Positions 8,174-16,104 of a stretch of DNA of 40,186 nt are shown here, piece after piece. Within the stretch, counting starts at the first letter, position 1. The number at the start of each line of letters is the position of its first letter. The notes under the pieces are model-generated. The model searched no databases. It was not told the DNA's origin and was given only the letters and a program-made list of their open reading frames with translations. The DNA comes from a virus (Duplodnaviria; Heunggongvirae; Uroviricota; Caudoviricetes). Location of the stretch: the IMG/VR virus record IMGVR_UViG_2728369554_000009, positions 1-40,186 of that record. One strand, given 5' to 3'. A program made the position numbers and the translations under genes.

Positions 8174-8518
8174 ATGAGAAAACAGATACAGGCTCTTGGT
8201 CGACTCAAAACAGGCCAGATGAACAAAACAGAATCTGCGTATTGCCAGCACCTTGAGCTGCGTAAACGTGCAGGGGAAATCGCCTGGTATCGATTCGAGG
8301 GTATCAAGCTGCGGTTAGCTGACAACACGTTCTATACGCCAGATTTCGCTGTGATGCTCGCCACCGGAGAGATGGAACTGCACGAAGTGAAAGGTTTCTG
8401 GACCGACGACGCCAGGGTGAAAACCAAAGTCGCCGCAGATCAGTATCCGTTCCGAATCATCGGGGTAACGGTTAAACCAAAGAAAGCAGGTGGCGGCTGG
8501 AACATCGAAGAGTTCTGA
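8174..8518 (+). CDS. DUF1064-like protein (nuclease or resolvase-like fold)
   Basis: 114 aa. TESAYCQHLELRKRAGEIAWYRFEGIKLRLADNTFYTPDFAV...HEVKG resembles the DUF1064 pattern from memory. Confidence 0.55.
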   Translation: MRKQIQALGRLKTGQMNKTESAYCQHLELRKRAGEIAWYRFEGIKLRLADNTFYTPDFAVMLATGEMELHEVKGFWTDDARVKTKVAADQYPFRIIGVTVKPKKAGGGWNIEEF

Positions 8519-8579
8519 ATCGACGATCTTTTTAGTTATCAATGTAATCAATAAGTTATGTGGATAAGCGAGGGTAAAG

Positions 8580-9563
8580 ATGGAAAGTAATATCAAAGGG
8601 TTAGTTGCCGCCGGGCATGAGATGGCTTCGGAACTGAACGCAGAATGTGGTGCCGTTGATATGCGCAGTGTGGCAAAGCTGATCAGCGATTTGGCAACGC
8701 AACTGGAAGTGCAACTGGTGCGTGCTAATGCGCTGGCAGCGGAGAATGCTGGGCTTAAGGCCTTCAAAACCGCCGTTTATCAGCAGATGGGCGTCGGATG
8801 TGATGCTCCTGAATTCTCCATTACGACAGGTTTGAGTAACTTACGTCGTTTTGCTGACACACTCCACGCCATTGAACGTGAGTTCTTTACCAAAGAGCTA
8901 CCTGATGAAGAGCACGAAGGCGAAACATTCAATGAATGTCCACTTAGCTGGGGAATGAGCGTCGAACAGTACGTTTCCGAGTTTCGCAAATGCCTGGCTG
9001 AAGTGCGGGCGCAGGGCGTGGATGCTGCTATAGAAGCTGCAAAAAATCTGGTGGCCCAAGAATATGAGTATAAGGATTTCAAAGCGGCGCAGAGTGATTG
9101 CTGTATGCACCCTGGTTCAGACCTAGTAGGGAAGGTTGAAATGACTGAGTGGTTAGTTGACTTTGCTGCCCAGCTTCGCAAAGGAGGCAACCAGGCTGCC
9201 GAATCCAATCGCGGTAATGAGTGGACTGGCAATCCTGATATTGATAACGCCATCATCATGCTCGACCGCATAGATACGCTGGAAAATTGCGATGATGACC
9301 GTATTGAGGCTGTTAAGGCTGTTTTGCGTAGACTGGCTGGCAACTATCCGGTAATTCCGGATGGTTGGATAAGCTGTAGTGAGCGAATGCCGAAAGAAAC
9401 GGGTGACATTATTGTTGTTTCGGATGGCATTGTAATGTCCGGGATTTCTTATTCTCGTCGTGACGGGTTCTATATAGCCGCATTGGAGTACGACGACGAT
9501 GAGCCAATTGGCGGTGTAACCCACTGGATGCCGCTACCGAAACCGCCGCAGGAGGTGAAGTGA
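8580..9563 (+). CDS. Hypothetical early protein with a DUF551-like C-terminus
   Basis: 327 aa. The C-terminal DGWISCSERMPKETGDIIVV...GVTHWMPLPKPP is the DUF551 signature. Confidence 0.55.
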   Translation: MESNIKGLVAAGHEMASELNAECGAVDMRSVAKLISDLATQLEVQLVRANALAAENAGLKAFKTAVYQQMGVGCDAPEFSITTGLSNLRRFADTLHAIEREFFTKELPDEEHEGETFNECPLSWGMSVEQYVSEFRKCLAEVRAQGVDAAIEAAKNLVAQEYEYKDFKAAQSDCCMHPGSDLVGKVEMTEWLVDFAAQLRKGGNQAAESNRGNEWTGNPDIDNAIIMLDRIDTLENCDDDRIEAVKAVLRRLAGNYPVIPDGWISCSERMPKETGDIIVVSDGIVMSGISYSRRDGFYIAALEYDDDEPIGGVTHWMPLPKPPQEVK

Positions 9564-9847
9564 TGGACTCCTTCGCGAAATATACGATTATTGACTGGAT
9601 AGCATTCCTTCAGGTTTTGCTCATCTGGTTTTATATGGCTTACAGGAGTGGACAGTGGATTGTCAGTGTAGCCTGTAGCAAGGGATGGCGTTGGTGGAAC
9701 CGAAAGAATAAAAAAGCACTGGCCTTGGATTCGTTTTACGAAGCATTCAATCTTAACAGTCTTCAGCCTGGTTCTGTCGTTGTAGTCACCACTCAAAGCG
9801 GAATGACGATACAAATTCACAAGCCAAAGGAGGAAGGTCGTGGCTAA
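9563..9847 (+). CDS. Small membrane protein (94 aa)
   Basis: The ATG lies 6 nt after GGAGGTG. Hydrophobic segment: IIDWIAFLQVLLIWFYMAY. Confidence 0.5.
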   Translation: MDSFAKYTIIDWIAFLQVLLIWFYMAYRSGQWIVSVACSKGWRWWNRKNKKALALDSFYEAFNLNSLQPGSVVVVTTQSGMTIQIHKPKEEGRG

Positions 9848-10121
9848 CCTGCAACTTGCCGTAAAAGGTGAATACTTCAATGCCATGATTCGCGGAGAGA
9901 AAACGGAAGAGTATCGCTTGTGTAATGACTACTGGAAAAAGCGAATTATGTTCCGGGAGTATGACCGCCTGATTATCACAAGGGGATATCCGAAGCGCGA
10001 CGACTTCAGTCGCAGAATTGACGTCCCGTATGAAGGGTATGAAATCAAGACAATCACACATCCGCACTTCGGCGATAAACCGGTAAAGGTGTTCGCGATA
10101 AAGGTAAATATTGATGGCTAA
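9840..10121 (+). CDS. ASCH-like domain protein
   Basis: GTG start after AAGGAGGAAGG. LAVKGEYFNAMIRGEKTEEYRL...RLIITRGY resembles ASCH/DUF3850. Confidence 0.55.
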   Translation: MANLQLAVKGEYFNAMIRGEKTEEYRLCNDYWKKRIMFREYDRLIITRGYPKRDDFSRRIDVPYEGYEIKTITHPHFGDKPVKVFAIKVNIDG

Positions 10122-10452
10122 ATCAGCAGCAGAGCGCAAAGCCGCTCAGAGAGCCAGACAAGCTGCATCTGGTGTGCGTAAGCTGGAGATTGTGCTTGAT
10201 GCTCAGGAAATTGAAATGCTTGAGCGGAACTGCGCCGCCCGGCGCCCTGGTCGCGATCCCTATGAAATGGCCGAGTACATCGCGCTGCTGATCCGCCAGG
10301 ATGATGCACGTGTGCGCGGGCGTATAAAATCGATCAGCAGAAAACTTTGCGGTAAGTGCGGCGAGAGAGTTCCCGTTAATTCATGCCCGTGTAATGGTGA
10401 CTCGCAATGCTGGGTGACTAAAGGCTGGCATGAAACGAAATTAATAGTGTGA
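10114..10452 (+). CDS. Cys-rich basic protein and possible late regulator. It is the last gene before the terminator and terminase genes.
   Basis: 112 aa. Cysteine cluster: CGKCGERVPVNSCPCNGDSQC. The function is inferred from position only. Confidence 0.45.
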   Translation: MAKSAAERKAAQRARQAASGVRKLEIVLDAQEIEMLERNCAARRPGRDPYEMAEYIALLIRQDDARVRGRIKSISRKLCGKCGERVPVNSCPCNGDSQCWVTKGWHETKLIV

Positions 10453-10460
10453 CATGTCAC
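10449..10460. repeat. 12-bp palindrome GTGACATGTCAC, copy 1
   Basis: Exact sequence. It overlaps the stop of the 10114-10452 gene. Confidence 0.8.
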
Positions 10461-10501
10461 GAGTAGATTATGCATGATGAATTTGATGGGTTTTGAATAC
10501 T

Positions 10502-10527
10502 GCCGCCAACTATGGCGGCTTTATTTT
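10502..10527 (+). terminator. Intrinsic terminator between the early-right genes and the terminase genes
   Basis: Hairpin gccgcca-acta-tggcggc followed by tttatttt. Confidence 0.75.
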
Positions 10528-10530
10528 GCA

Positions 10531-10566
10531 TGGTACTATTACCACAACGGTAACTATTACCACGGT
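10531..10566 (+). repeat. Two direct repeats GGTA(A)CTATTACCAC spaced 18 bp apart, just upstream of terS
   Basis: tggtactattaccac / ggtaactattaccac. Each holds the GGTA/TACC half-site words in reversed order. Confidence 0.6.
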
Positions 10567-10570
10567 GGTT

Positions 10571-11167
10571 ATGATGCCTGCTGAACCTAAAACCTATAAA
10601 CGCAAATCAACGCAATTTAAGCCACTAACAGCAATGCAGGAGGCTTATTGCCAGTCATACATCAAAACGCCTGAAAACCAGACTCAGGCAGCGATTAACG
10701 CAGGATTCTCCCCAAATACAGCGGCAGTTAAAGCCAGTGTCATGATGCGCGATGAACGCATTCAAAAACGGATTGCCGAGTTGATGGAGGAGCGCAACAA
10801 ACGAATGCGCGTCAGTGCTGATTACGTTCTCATGCGCCTGGTGGAGATCGACCAGATGGACGTGATCGACATCCTCAACGACGATGGGAGCCTTAAGCCA
10901 ATCCGCGAGTGGCCGAAAATCTGGCGCACTACGCTTAGCGGCTTTGATCTGTCATCGACCATCATGAACATGAACGAGGATTCGATAGAGACAATCCTCA
11001 AAAAAATTAAATGGCCTGACAAGGTGAAGAACCTCGAACTGATTGGTAAGCACGTCGACGTCAAAGCATTCAAAGAACGCCTGGATGTTAATGTGAATGT
11101 GACAATTGCTGATCGCATAGCAGCAGCCAGGAAGCGACTCAAAGAACGTCAGGATGGTAATCAGTGA
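10571..11167 (+). CDS. terS: Terminase small subunit
   Basis: The start was moved to the ATG at 10571 (MMPAEPK). QEAYCQSYIKTPENQTQAAINAGFSPNTAAVKASVMMRDERIQKRI is the Terminase_2-type HTH segment. Confidence 0.75.
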   Translation: MMPAEPKTYKRKSTQFKPLTAMQEAYCQSYIKTPENQTQAAINAGFSPNTAAVKASVMMRDERIQKRIAELMEERNKRMRVSADYVLMRLVEIDQMDVIDILNDDGSLKPIREWPKIWRTTLSGFDLSSTIMNMNEDSIETILKKIKWPDKVKNLELIGKHVDVKAFKERLDVNVNVTIADRIAAARKRLKERQDGNQ

Positions 11168-12639
11168 CAGATACAGTGTTATCTCCTGAAGAGCAGTTGA
11201 TCGAGGATATTGCAGGGTTTACTCACGATCCGCTTGGTTATGCCCTCTATGCGTTCCCGTGGGGGGAAGAGGGGACTGAACTGGCACATGCTACTGGCCC
11301 ACGTCAGTGGCAGGCTGATGCGTTCCGAGAGATACGTGATCACCTGCAGAATCCAGAGACGCGCTATCAGCCGCTTATGCTGGCACGCGCTTCTGGTCAC
11401 GGTATTGGTAAATCCGCATTCATCTCAATGCTGATCAACTGGGGCATGTCCACTTGCGAGGATTGTAAGGTCGTGGTGACCGCCAACACCGACAACCAGC
11501 TACGAACGAAGACCTGGCCGGAAATTATCAAGTGGTCGAACCTTGCTATCACGGAAGACTGGTTTACCTGTACCGCTACCGCGATGTACAGCAATGACCC
11601 TGGGCACGACAAGCGGTGGCGTGCTGACGCAATACCCTGGTCTGAGCACAACACTGAGGCGTTCGCCGGACTACACAACGAGCGCAAACGCATCATCGTG
11701 GTGTTTGATGAAGCGTCGAACATTGCGGATCTGGTGTGGGAAGTTGCTGAGGGTGCGCTTACGGACGAAGACACTGAGATTATCTGGGTGGCGTTCGGAA
11801 ACCCGACGCGTAATACCGGACGTTTCCGTGAATGTTTCCGCAAGTATAAACACCGCTGGAAAACTGCGCAGATTGACAGTCGGACGGTGGAAGGTACCAA
11901 CAAACAGCAGTTGCAGAAATGGGTTGATGACTACGGGGAAGACAGCGACTTCGTTAAAATCCGTGTGCGTGGCATATTCCCTGATGCATCTGAATTGCAG
12001 TTTATCCCTACCGGTCTTACTGACGAGGCAATGAAACGGGTGGTAACCGCTGCGCAGGTTGCACATGCTCCGGTGATAATCGGCGTTGACCCGGCATACT
12101 CCGGCGTTGATGACGCTGTGATATACCTGCGGCAGGGGCTACACAGTAAGGTGCTGTGGACTGGCAACAAGACTACCGACGATCTGATTATGGCGAAGCG
12201 TATCGCTGACTTTGAAGACCAGTATCAGGCTGACGCGGTGTTCATCGACTTCGGTTACGGAACCGGTTTGAAGTCAATCGGTGACGGCTGGGGTCGTACA
12301 TGGCAACTTGTTCCGTTCGGTGGCGCGTCTACTGACCCGCAGATGCTTAACAAGCGTGGGGAGATGTTCAACTCATGTAAGACATGGCTGAGGCTGGGCG
12401 GCATGCTGGATGACCAGGAAACTGCAGACGACCTGTCGGCGGCAGAGTACAAAGTTCGCGTGGACGGTAAAATCGTTATCGAACCGAAGGAGGATATCAA
12501 GGAGCGGCTTGGGCGTTCGCCGGGTAAAGGCGATGCGCTACTGCTGACGTTTGCGTTCCCTGTGTCGAAGCGTCTGCGAATTCCCGGTCAGCAGAACCAG
12601 CAAGGCAAGGCCATCACAGATTACGATCCCTATGCTTAA
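11164..12639 (+). CDS. terL: Terminase large subunit
   Basis: 491 aa. GTG start overlapping the terS stop. It has a Walker-A-like ARASGHGIGKS and a later VVFDEAS (Walker B) motif. Confidence 0.9.
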   Translation: MTDTVLSPEEQLIEDIAGFTHDPLGYALYAFPWGEEGTELAHATGPRQWQADAFREIRDHLQNPETRYQPLMLARASGHGIGKSAFISMLINWGMSTCEDCKVVVTANTDNQLRTKTWPEIIKWSNLAITEDWFTCTATAMYSNDPGHDKRWRADAIPWSEHNTEAFAGLHNERKRIIVVFDEASNIADLVWEVAEGALTDEDTEIIWVAFGNPTRNTGRFRECFRKYKHRWKTAQIDSRTVEGTNKQQLQKWVDDYGEDSDFVKIRVRGIFPDASELQFIPTGLTDEAMKRVVTAAQVAHAPVIIGVDPAYSGVDDAVIYLRQGLHSKVLWTGNKTTDDLIMAKRIADFEDQYQADAVFIDFGYGTGLKSIGDGWGRTWQLVPFGGASTDPQMLNKRGEMFNSCKTWLRLGGMLDDQETADDLSAAEYKVRVDGKIVIEPKEDIKERLGRSPGKGDALLLTFAFPVSKRLRIPGQQNQQGKAITDYDPYA

Positions 12640-12689
12640 TCCGCTGGTGGGGATAATATCGTTGATATCCTCTGGTGAGGATAAAACAA

Positions 12690-12713
12690 AGCCAGCTCAT
12701 AGGCTGGCTGTTT
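12690..12713. terminator. Bidirectional terminator between terL and the reverse-strand cassette
   Basis: Hairpin agccagc-tcatag-gctggct, flanked by aaaacaaa on one side and gttt on the other. Confidence 0.65.
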
Positions 12714-12725
12714 GTGACATGTCAC
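12714..12725. repeat. 12-bp palindrome GTGACATGTCAC, copy 2
   Basis: Exact sequence directly abutting the terminator. Confidence 0.8.
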
Positions 12726-12729
12726 GGTG

Positions 12730-13062
12730 TTATTTCGGTAGATTGTGTTTGGCATTCGACTCGTCTATCACGTAACGCATTGCAGTTCGACCGAGATTAC
12801 CAGGATCTTCATGCAGACTCACTCGTGCCTTTAGGAGCACACATTCAGCCTTGACATAGTTTGCTGGAATTATTCCTACCTCGGCATTTTTAAATGCCTC
12901 CTTCACCGCCTCACCGTTGTACTGACCGCCAAGCAACTCTGTACATGTCAGGTTGTTATGGATAATTGCAAGGAGATCTTTAATCTCTTCACGCAGGTTT
13001 ACAATCGCCATCGCGGCATTGATAGCTGCGGCATAGCGCTCAGCTGCAGTCTTCTCTTTCAT
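12730..13062 (-). CDS. Orphan hypothetical protein (110 aa) opposing the late operon
   Basis: The start MKEKTAAERY lies behind AAGGTGA. The 142-aa extension would run through a terminator hairpin. No family recognised. Confidence 0.55.
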   Translation of the reverse strand: MKEKTAAERYAAAINAAMAIVNLREEIKDLLAIIHNNLTCTELLGGQYNGEAVKEAFKNAEVGIIPANYVKAECVLLKARVSLHEDPGNLGRTAMRYVIDESNAKHNLPK

Positions 13063-13073
13063 GATTTTCACCT

Positions 13074-13099
13074 TAAAAAAATGCCCGGACGAACCGGGC
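13074..13099 (-). terminator. Intrinsic terminator 12 nt upstream of the Shine-Dalgarno of the 110-aa gene
   Basis: Minus-strand gcccgg-ttcgt-ccgggc followed by attttttt. Confidence 0.7.
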
Positions 13100-13141
13100 G
13101 AATGATCAACGGAGTGCCTTCCTTGGCGGGTGATGCAGGGT

Positions 13142-13357
13142 TTACAGCGCAACGTCATCGGAATGGCGTTCTGCTGTAAAAAGGGCGGTGGTCAGAAGAA
13201 GGAGAACTGCCACCGCCAAAGCTACACGCATTGCCTGGTACTGCCGTATCACGGTCCTAACGTGATTGGGTTGTGGTGGCCGGTGCTGATCTCCGGCTTG
13301 AAATATGCTCAGTGTTAGCTGCCACTCTCTCAAGAGGATATGCGTCATGATTTTCAC
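13142..13357 (-). CDS. Possible small membrane peptide. It is 71 aa from the GTG, or 29 aa (MRVALAVAVLLLLTTALFTAERHSDDVAL) from the internal ATG.
   Basis: It has a hydrophobic C-terminal helix and its own downstream terminator. The ribosome-binding sites are weak. Confidence 0.3.
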   Translation of the reverse strand: MKIMTHILLREWQLTLSIFQAGDQHRPPQPNHVRTVIRQYQAMRVALAVAVLLLLTTALFTAERHSDDVAL

Positions 13358-13386
13358 TGAGTTTGTTGGGTAACCCTGACTTCCGG

Positions 13387-13740
13387 CTATTCACGCAGCT
13401 TGTCTTCCAACTCAGGCTTATGCCTTACCCATTCCCCCACGTTCACGGGGTGCGCATCAGCCTGCGCATTCACCACAACGGAAAGAGCACTGACTTCGAG
13501 CAGACCTTGGGCCCAGGAACGACGATCAATCTCAATGCTCTTACCTGTTGCATCCTCGTCTCTTCCGAGGTGTCACACCTGATCGCCGGGATGGTGAATC
13601 CCCGTGCGCGGAATAAAACCGCTCGACTTGCACATTCCGGCTACCTGGTTCGTTTGCCCGAGCAAGGGAGGGTGCCCCTTAAACGTATCCAGACCGCTAT
13701 CGGCGCATGTGCCATACGCCGTACTGCTCAAAATAAAAGC
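13387..13740 (-). pseudogene. Decayed reading frame with an in-frame TGA (13573-13575) and no convincing start
   Basis: The minus-strand translation ..GFIPRTGIHHPGDQV*HLGRDEDATGKSIEIDRRSWAQGLLEVSALSVVVNAQADAHPVNVGEWVRHKPELEDKLRE* looks protein-like but is interrupted. Confidence 0.3.
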
Positions 13741-13803
13741 TCACTCCACCTGTTCAATTTAACGACAAGCCAGTCAGGTTAGTAACCGGAATGAACTCTT
13801 TGG

Positions 13804-13818
13804 TTACCTGAAAGGTAA
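13804..13818. promoter_or_regulatory. Perfect TTACC-N5-GGTAA operator ahead of the structural operon
   Basis: ttacctgaaaggtaa, 90 bp upstream of the first structural ORF. Confidence 0.55.
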
Positions 13819-13908
13819 TAATTTGTGCGTTAAATGTCAACTACCTACGATAAATAAATCATATGTGGTTAAATTGGTAATAATTTAATTGCGTACGGAG
13901 TCATTGAT

Positions 13909-14115
13909 ATGTGCATGGGTAGCTCACCATCAGTGCCTGCAACACCAGAAGTTCAGGCAGCACCACAGGAGCAGGATGCCGCCGTTGTTGATGCCCGCGA
14001 CGAAGAAACTCGTCGCCGTCGCGCTGCTGCTGGTCGTAGTTCTACGCTGCTTACCGGTTCTCAGGGTGACACATCAACCGCTAATACCAGCGGTAAAACG
14101 CTGCTTGGTCAGTAA
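13909..14115 (+). CDS. Small conserved head-module protein (68 aa)
   Basis: A GGAG Shine-Dalgarno lies 9 nt upstream, and the same ggagtcattga-atg context precedes the portal gene. The RRRRAAAGRSSTLLTG motif recurs upstream of portals in related podoviruses, from memory. Confidence 0.55.
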   Translation: MCMGSSPSVPATPEVQAAPQEQDAAVVDARDEETRRRRAAAGRSSTLLTGSQGDTSTANTSGKTLLGQ

Positions 14116-14129
14116 CCGGAGTCATTGAA

Positions 14130-15809
14130 ATGGCGGAAACAACTAAAGAGCGATTGAACAAACAGTTCGCACAACTTGAAAGCGAGCGTCAGTCGTTCGA
14201 GCCGCACTGGCGCGAGTTGAGTGATTACATCAACCCGCGTGGTTCCCGCTTTCTGACTTCTGAGGTCAACCGTAACGATCGACGCAATACACGCATTATT
14301 GATTCGACCGGGACTATGGCGGCGCGCACTCTCGCCAGCGGCATGATGTCAGGCATCACAAGCCCCGCGCGTCCGTGGTTTCGCCTGGCTACGCCAGATC
14401 CTGAAATGATGGATTATGGCCCTGTTAAGTTGTGGCTTGAGGCGGTGCAGAACCGCATGAACGATATGTTCAATAAGTCGAATCTCTATCAGTCGCTGCC
14501 GCAGTTATACGGAAGCCTCGGCACATACAGCACTGGTGCAATGGCAGTGCTGGAGGATGACGAGGACATCATTCGCACAATGCCATTCCCGATAGGCAGT
14601 TACTACCTGGCTAACTCACCTCGTGGCAGTGTGGACACCTGTTTTCGCAAGTTCTCTATGACTGTTCGTCAGCTTGTTCAGGAGTTCGGGCTAAATAACG
14701 TCAGCGAATCCGTAAAAAGCATGTGGGAAAGCGGCACCTACGAGAAGTGGATTGAAGTGATGCATTCGGTTTACCCGAACATTGACCGCGATACATCGAA
14801 GCTGGATAGCAAGAACAAGCCATTCAAATCGGTTTATTACGAGGTTGGTGGCGATAACGACAAGTTGTTGCGTGAGTCCGGATTCGATGAGTTTCCAATT
14901 ATGGCTCCGAGCTGGGAAGTTAACGGCGAAGATGTTTATGGATCATCATGCCCGGGTATGCTGGCGCTTGGACCTGTTAAGGCATTGCAGCTTCTCCAGA
15001 AGCGCAAGTCGCAGTTGATTGATAAAGCCACCAATCCGCCGATGGTTGCTCCGACTTCCCTCAAGAATCAGCGTGCCTCCCTTCTTCCTGGCGACATCAC
15101 GTATATCGATCAGATTACTGGTCAGGATGGTTTCAGGCCTGCTTATCTGGTTAACCCCAGTACAGCAGATTTGGTGGCAGACATTCAGGACACCCGTCAA
15201 ATCATTAACAGCGCCTACTTTGTCGATCTGTTCATGATGTTGCAGAACATCAATACCCGCTCGATGCCTGTTGAAGCGGTGATCGAAATGAAAGAAGAAA
15301 AACTTCTGATGTTGGGGCCGGTTCTGGAGCGTCTGAACGACGAATGTCTTAATCCTCTCATTGACCGCGCTTTCTCGATGATGGTGCGTAAAAACATGCT
15401 GCCGCCACCGCCTGACGCGATGGAAGGTATGCCCCTGAAGGTCGAATACATTTCCGTCATGGCTCAGGCGCAGAAGTCTATCGGCCTGTCCAGTCTGGCG
15501 TCCACGGTTAACTTCATTGGTCAACTTGCGCAAGCGAAACCAGAAGCTCTCGACAAACTCAACGTTGATCAGGCGATCGATGCATTCGCTGATATGTCCG
15601 GAGTGTCTCCAACCGTCATTGTTCCGCAGGAACAGGTTGAGCAGGCTCGCCAGCAACGGGCACAGCAACAACAGCAGCAACAAATGATGGCGATGGGGAT
15701 GGCGGCGGCACAGGGTGCCAAGACGCTAAGCGAAGCTAAAACTTCGGATCCGAGTGTTTTGTCAGCTATGGCGAATGCAGTTAGTGGTCAGGGTGGGCAA
15801 TCACAATGA
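14130..15809 (+). CDS. Portal protein
   Basis: 559 aa. Its position after the terminase genes, its size and a Q-rich C-terminal tail fit podovirus head-tail connector proteins. Confidence 0.85.
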   Translation: MAETTKERLNKQFAQLESERQSFEPHWRELSDYINPRGSRFLTSEVNRNDRRNTRIIDSTGTMAARTLASGMMSGITSPARPWFRLATPDPEMMDYGPVKLWLEAVQNRMNDMFNKSNLYQSLPQLYGSLGTYSTGAMAVLEDDEDIIRTMPFPIGSYYLANSPRGSVDTCFRKFSMTVRQLVQEFGLNNVSESVKSMWESGTYEKWIEVMHSVYPNIDRDTSKLDSKNKPFKSVYYEVGGDNDKLLRESGFDEFPIMAPSWEVNGEDVYGSSCPGMLALGPVKALQLLQKRKSQLIDKATNPPMVAPTSLKNQRASLLPGDITYIDQITGQDGFRPAYLVNPSTADLVADIQDTRQIINSAYFVDLFMMLQNINTRSMPVEAVIEMKEEKLLMLGPVLERLNDECLNPLIDRAFSMMVRKNMLPPPPDAMEGMPLKVEYISVMAQAQKSIGLSSLASTVNFIGQLAQAKPEALDKLNVDQAIDAFADMSGVSPTVIVPQEQVEQARQQRAQQQQQQQMMAMGMAAAQGAKTLSEAKTSDPSVLSAMANAVSGQGGQSQ

Positions 15810-16102
15810 CAGATTACGAAGACGATCAACTGAAAGAAGAAAACGCCCGTAAGCAACGTGACATGGCACAGCGTGAAATTGATGACATTTGCTTTGTCAT
15901 GAGCAGTGAACAGGGGCGTCGCGTTGTCTGGTCGGTGCTGGAGAAAGGCCGTGTGTTTTCCGCTATCTCACCGATGGACGCTATGGCAATGGCATTTAAT
16001 GAGGGGCAACGCAATCTGGCGCTGGAACTGTTTCAGCGCGTTATGGCGCATTGCCCTGAACAGTATTTGAAGATGGCCAAAGAGGCCAGTGAACAGGAGT
16101 GA
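15806..16102 (+). CDS. Hypothetical head-assembly protein (98 aa)
   Basis: ATGA overlap with the portal gene. Acidic N-terminus. Confidence 0.6.
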   Translation: MTDYEDDQLKEENARKQRDMAQREIDDICFVMSSEQGRRVVWSVLEKGRVFSAISPMDAMAMAFNEGQRNLALELFQRVMAHCPEQYLKMAKEASEQE

Positions 16103-16104
16103 TC

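Noticed and set aside
10448-10461. CRP-binding site (TGTGA...TCACA)
   Set aside because: The half-sites in TGTGACATGTCAC(A/G) are separated by 4 bp, not the 6 bp required for CRP.
13363-13782. 139-aa plus-strand ORF in the terminase-portal spacer
   Set aside because: It has a TTG start and no Shine-Dalgarno. Its composition is implausible (HVHGVRISLRIHH...). It is antisense to a more protein-like, though broken, frame.
13889-14128. 79-aa alternative frame upstream of the portal gene
   Set aside because: The 13909 frame has a GGAG Shine-Dalgarno at the correct spacing and the same upstream context as the portal start. The 79-aa frame has a TTG-type start and a Cys/His/Arg-rich sequence that does not look like a real protein.
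14946-15683. 245-aa minus-strand ORF. Similar long antisense ORFs occur at 19354-20058, 16103-16537, 8315-8767, 8780-9343, 11397-11903 and 37791-38447.
   Set aside because: All lie entirely antisense to confidently assigned genes (portal, nozzle, scaffold, terminase, endolysin and others). They have no ribosome-binding sites and low-complexity or implausible sequences.
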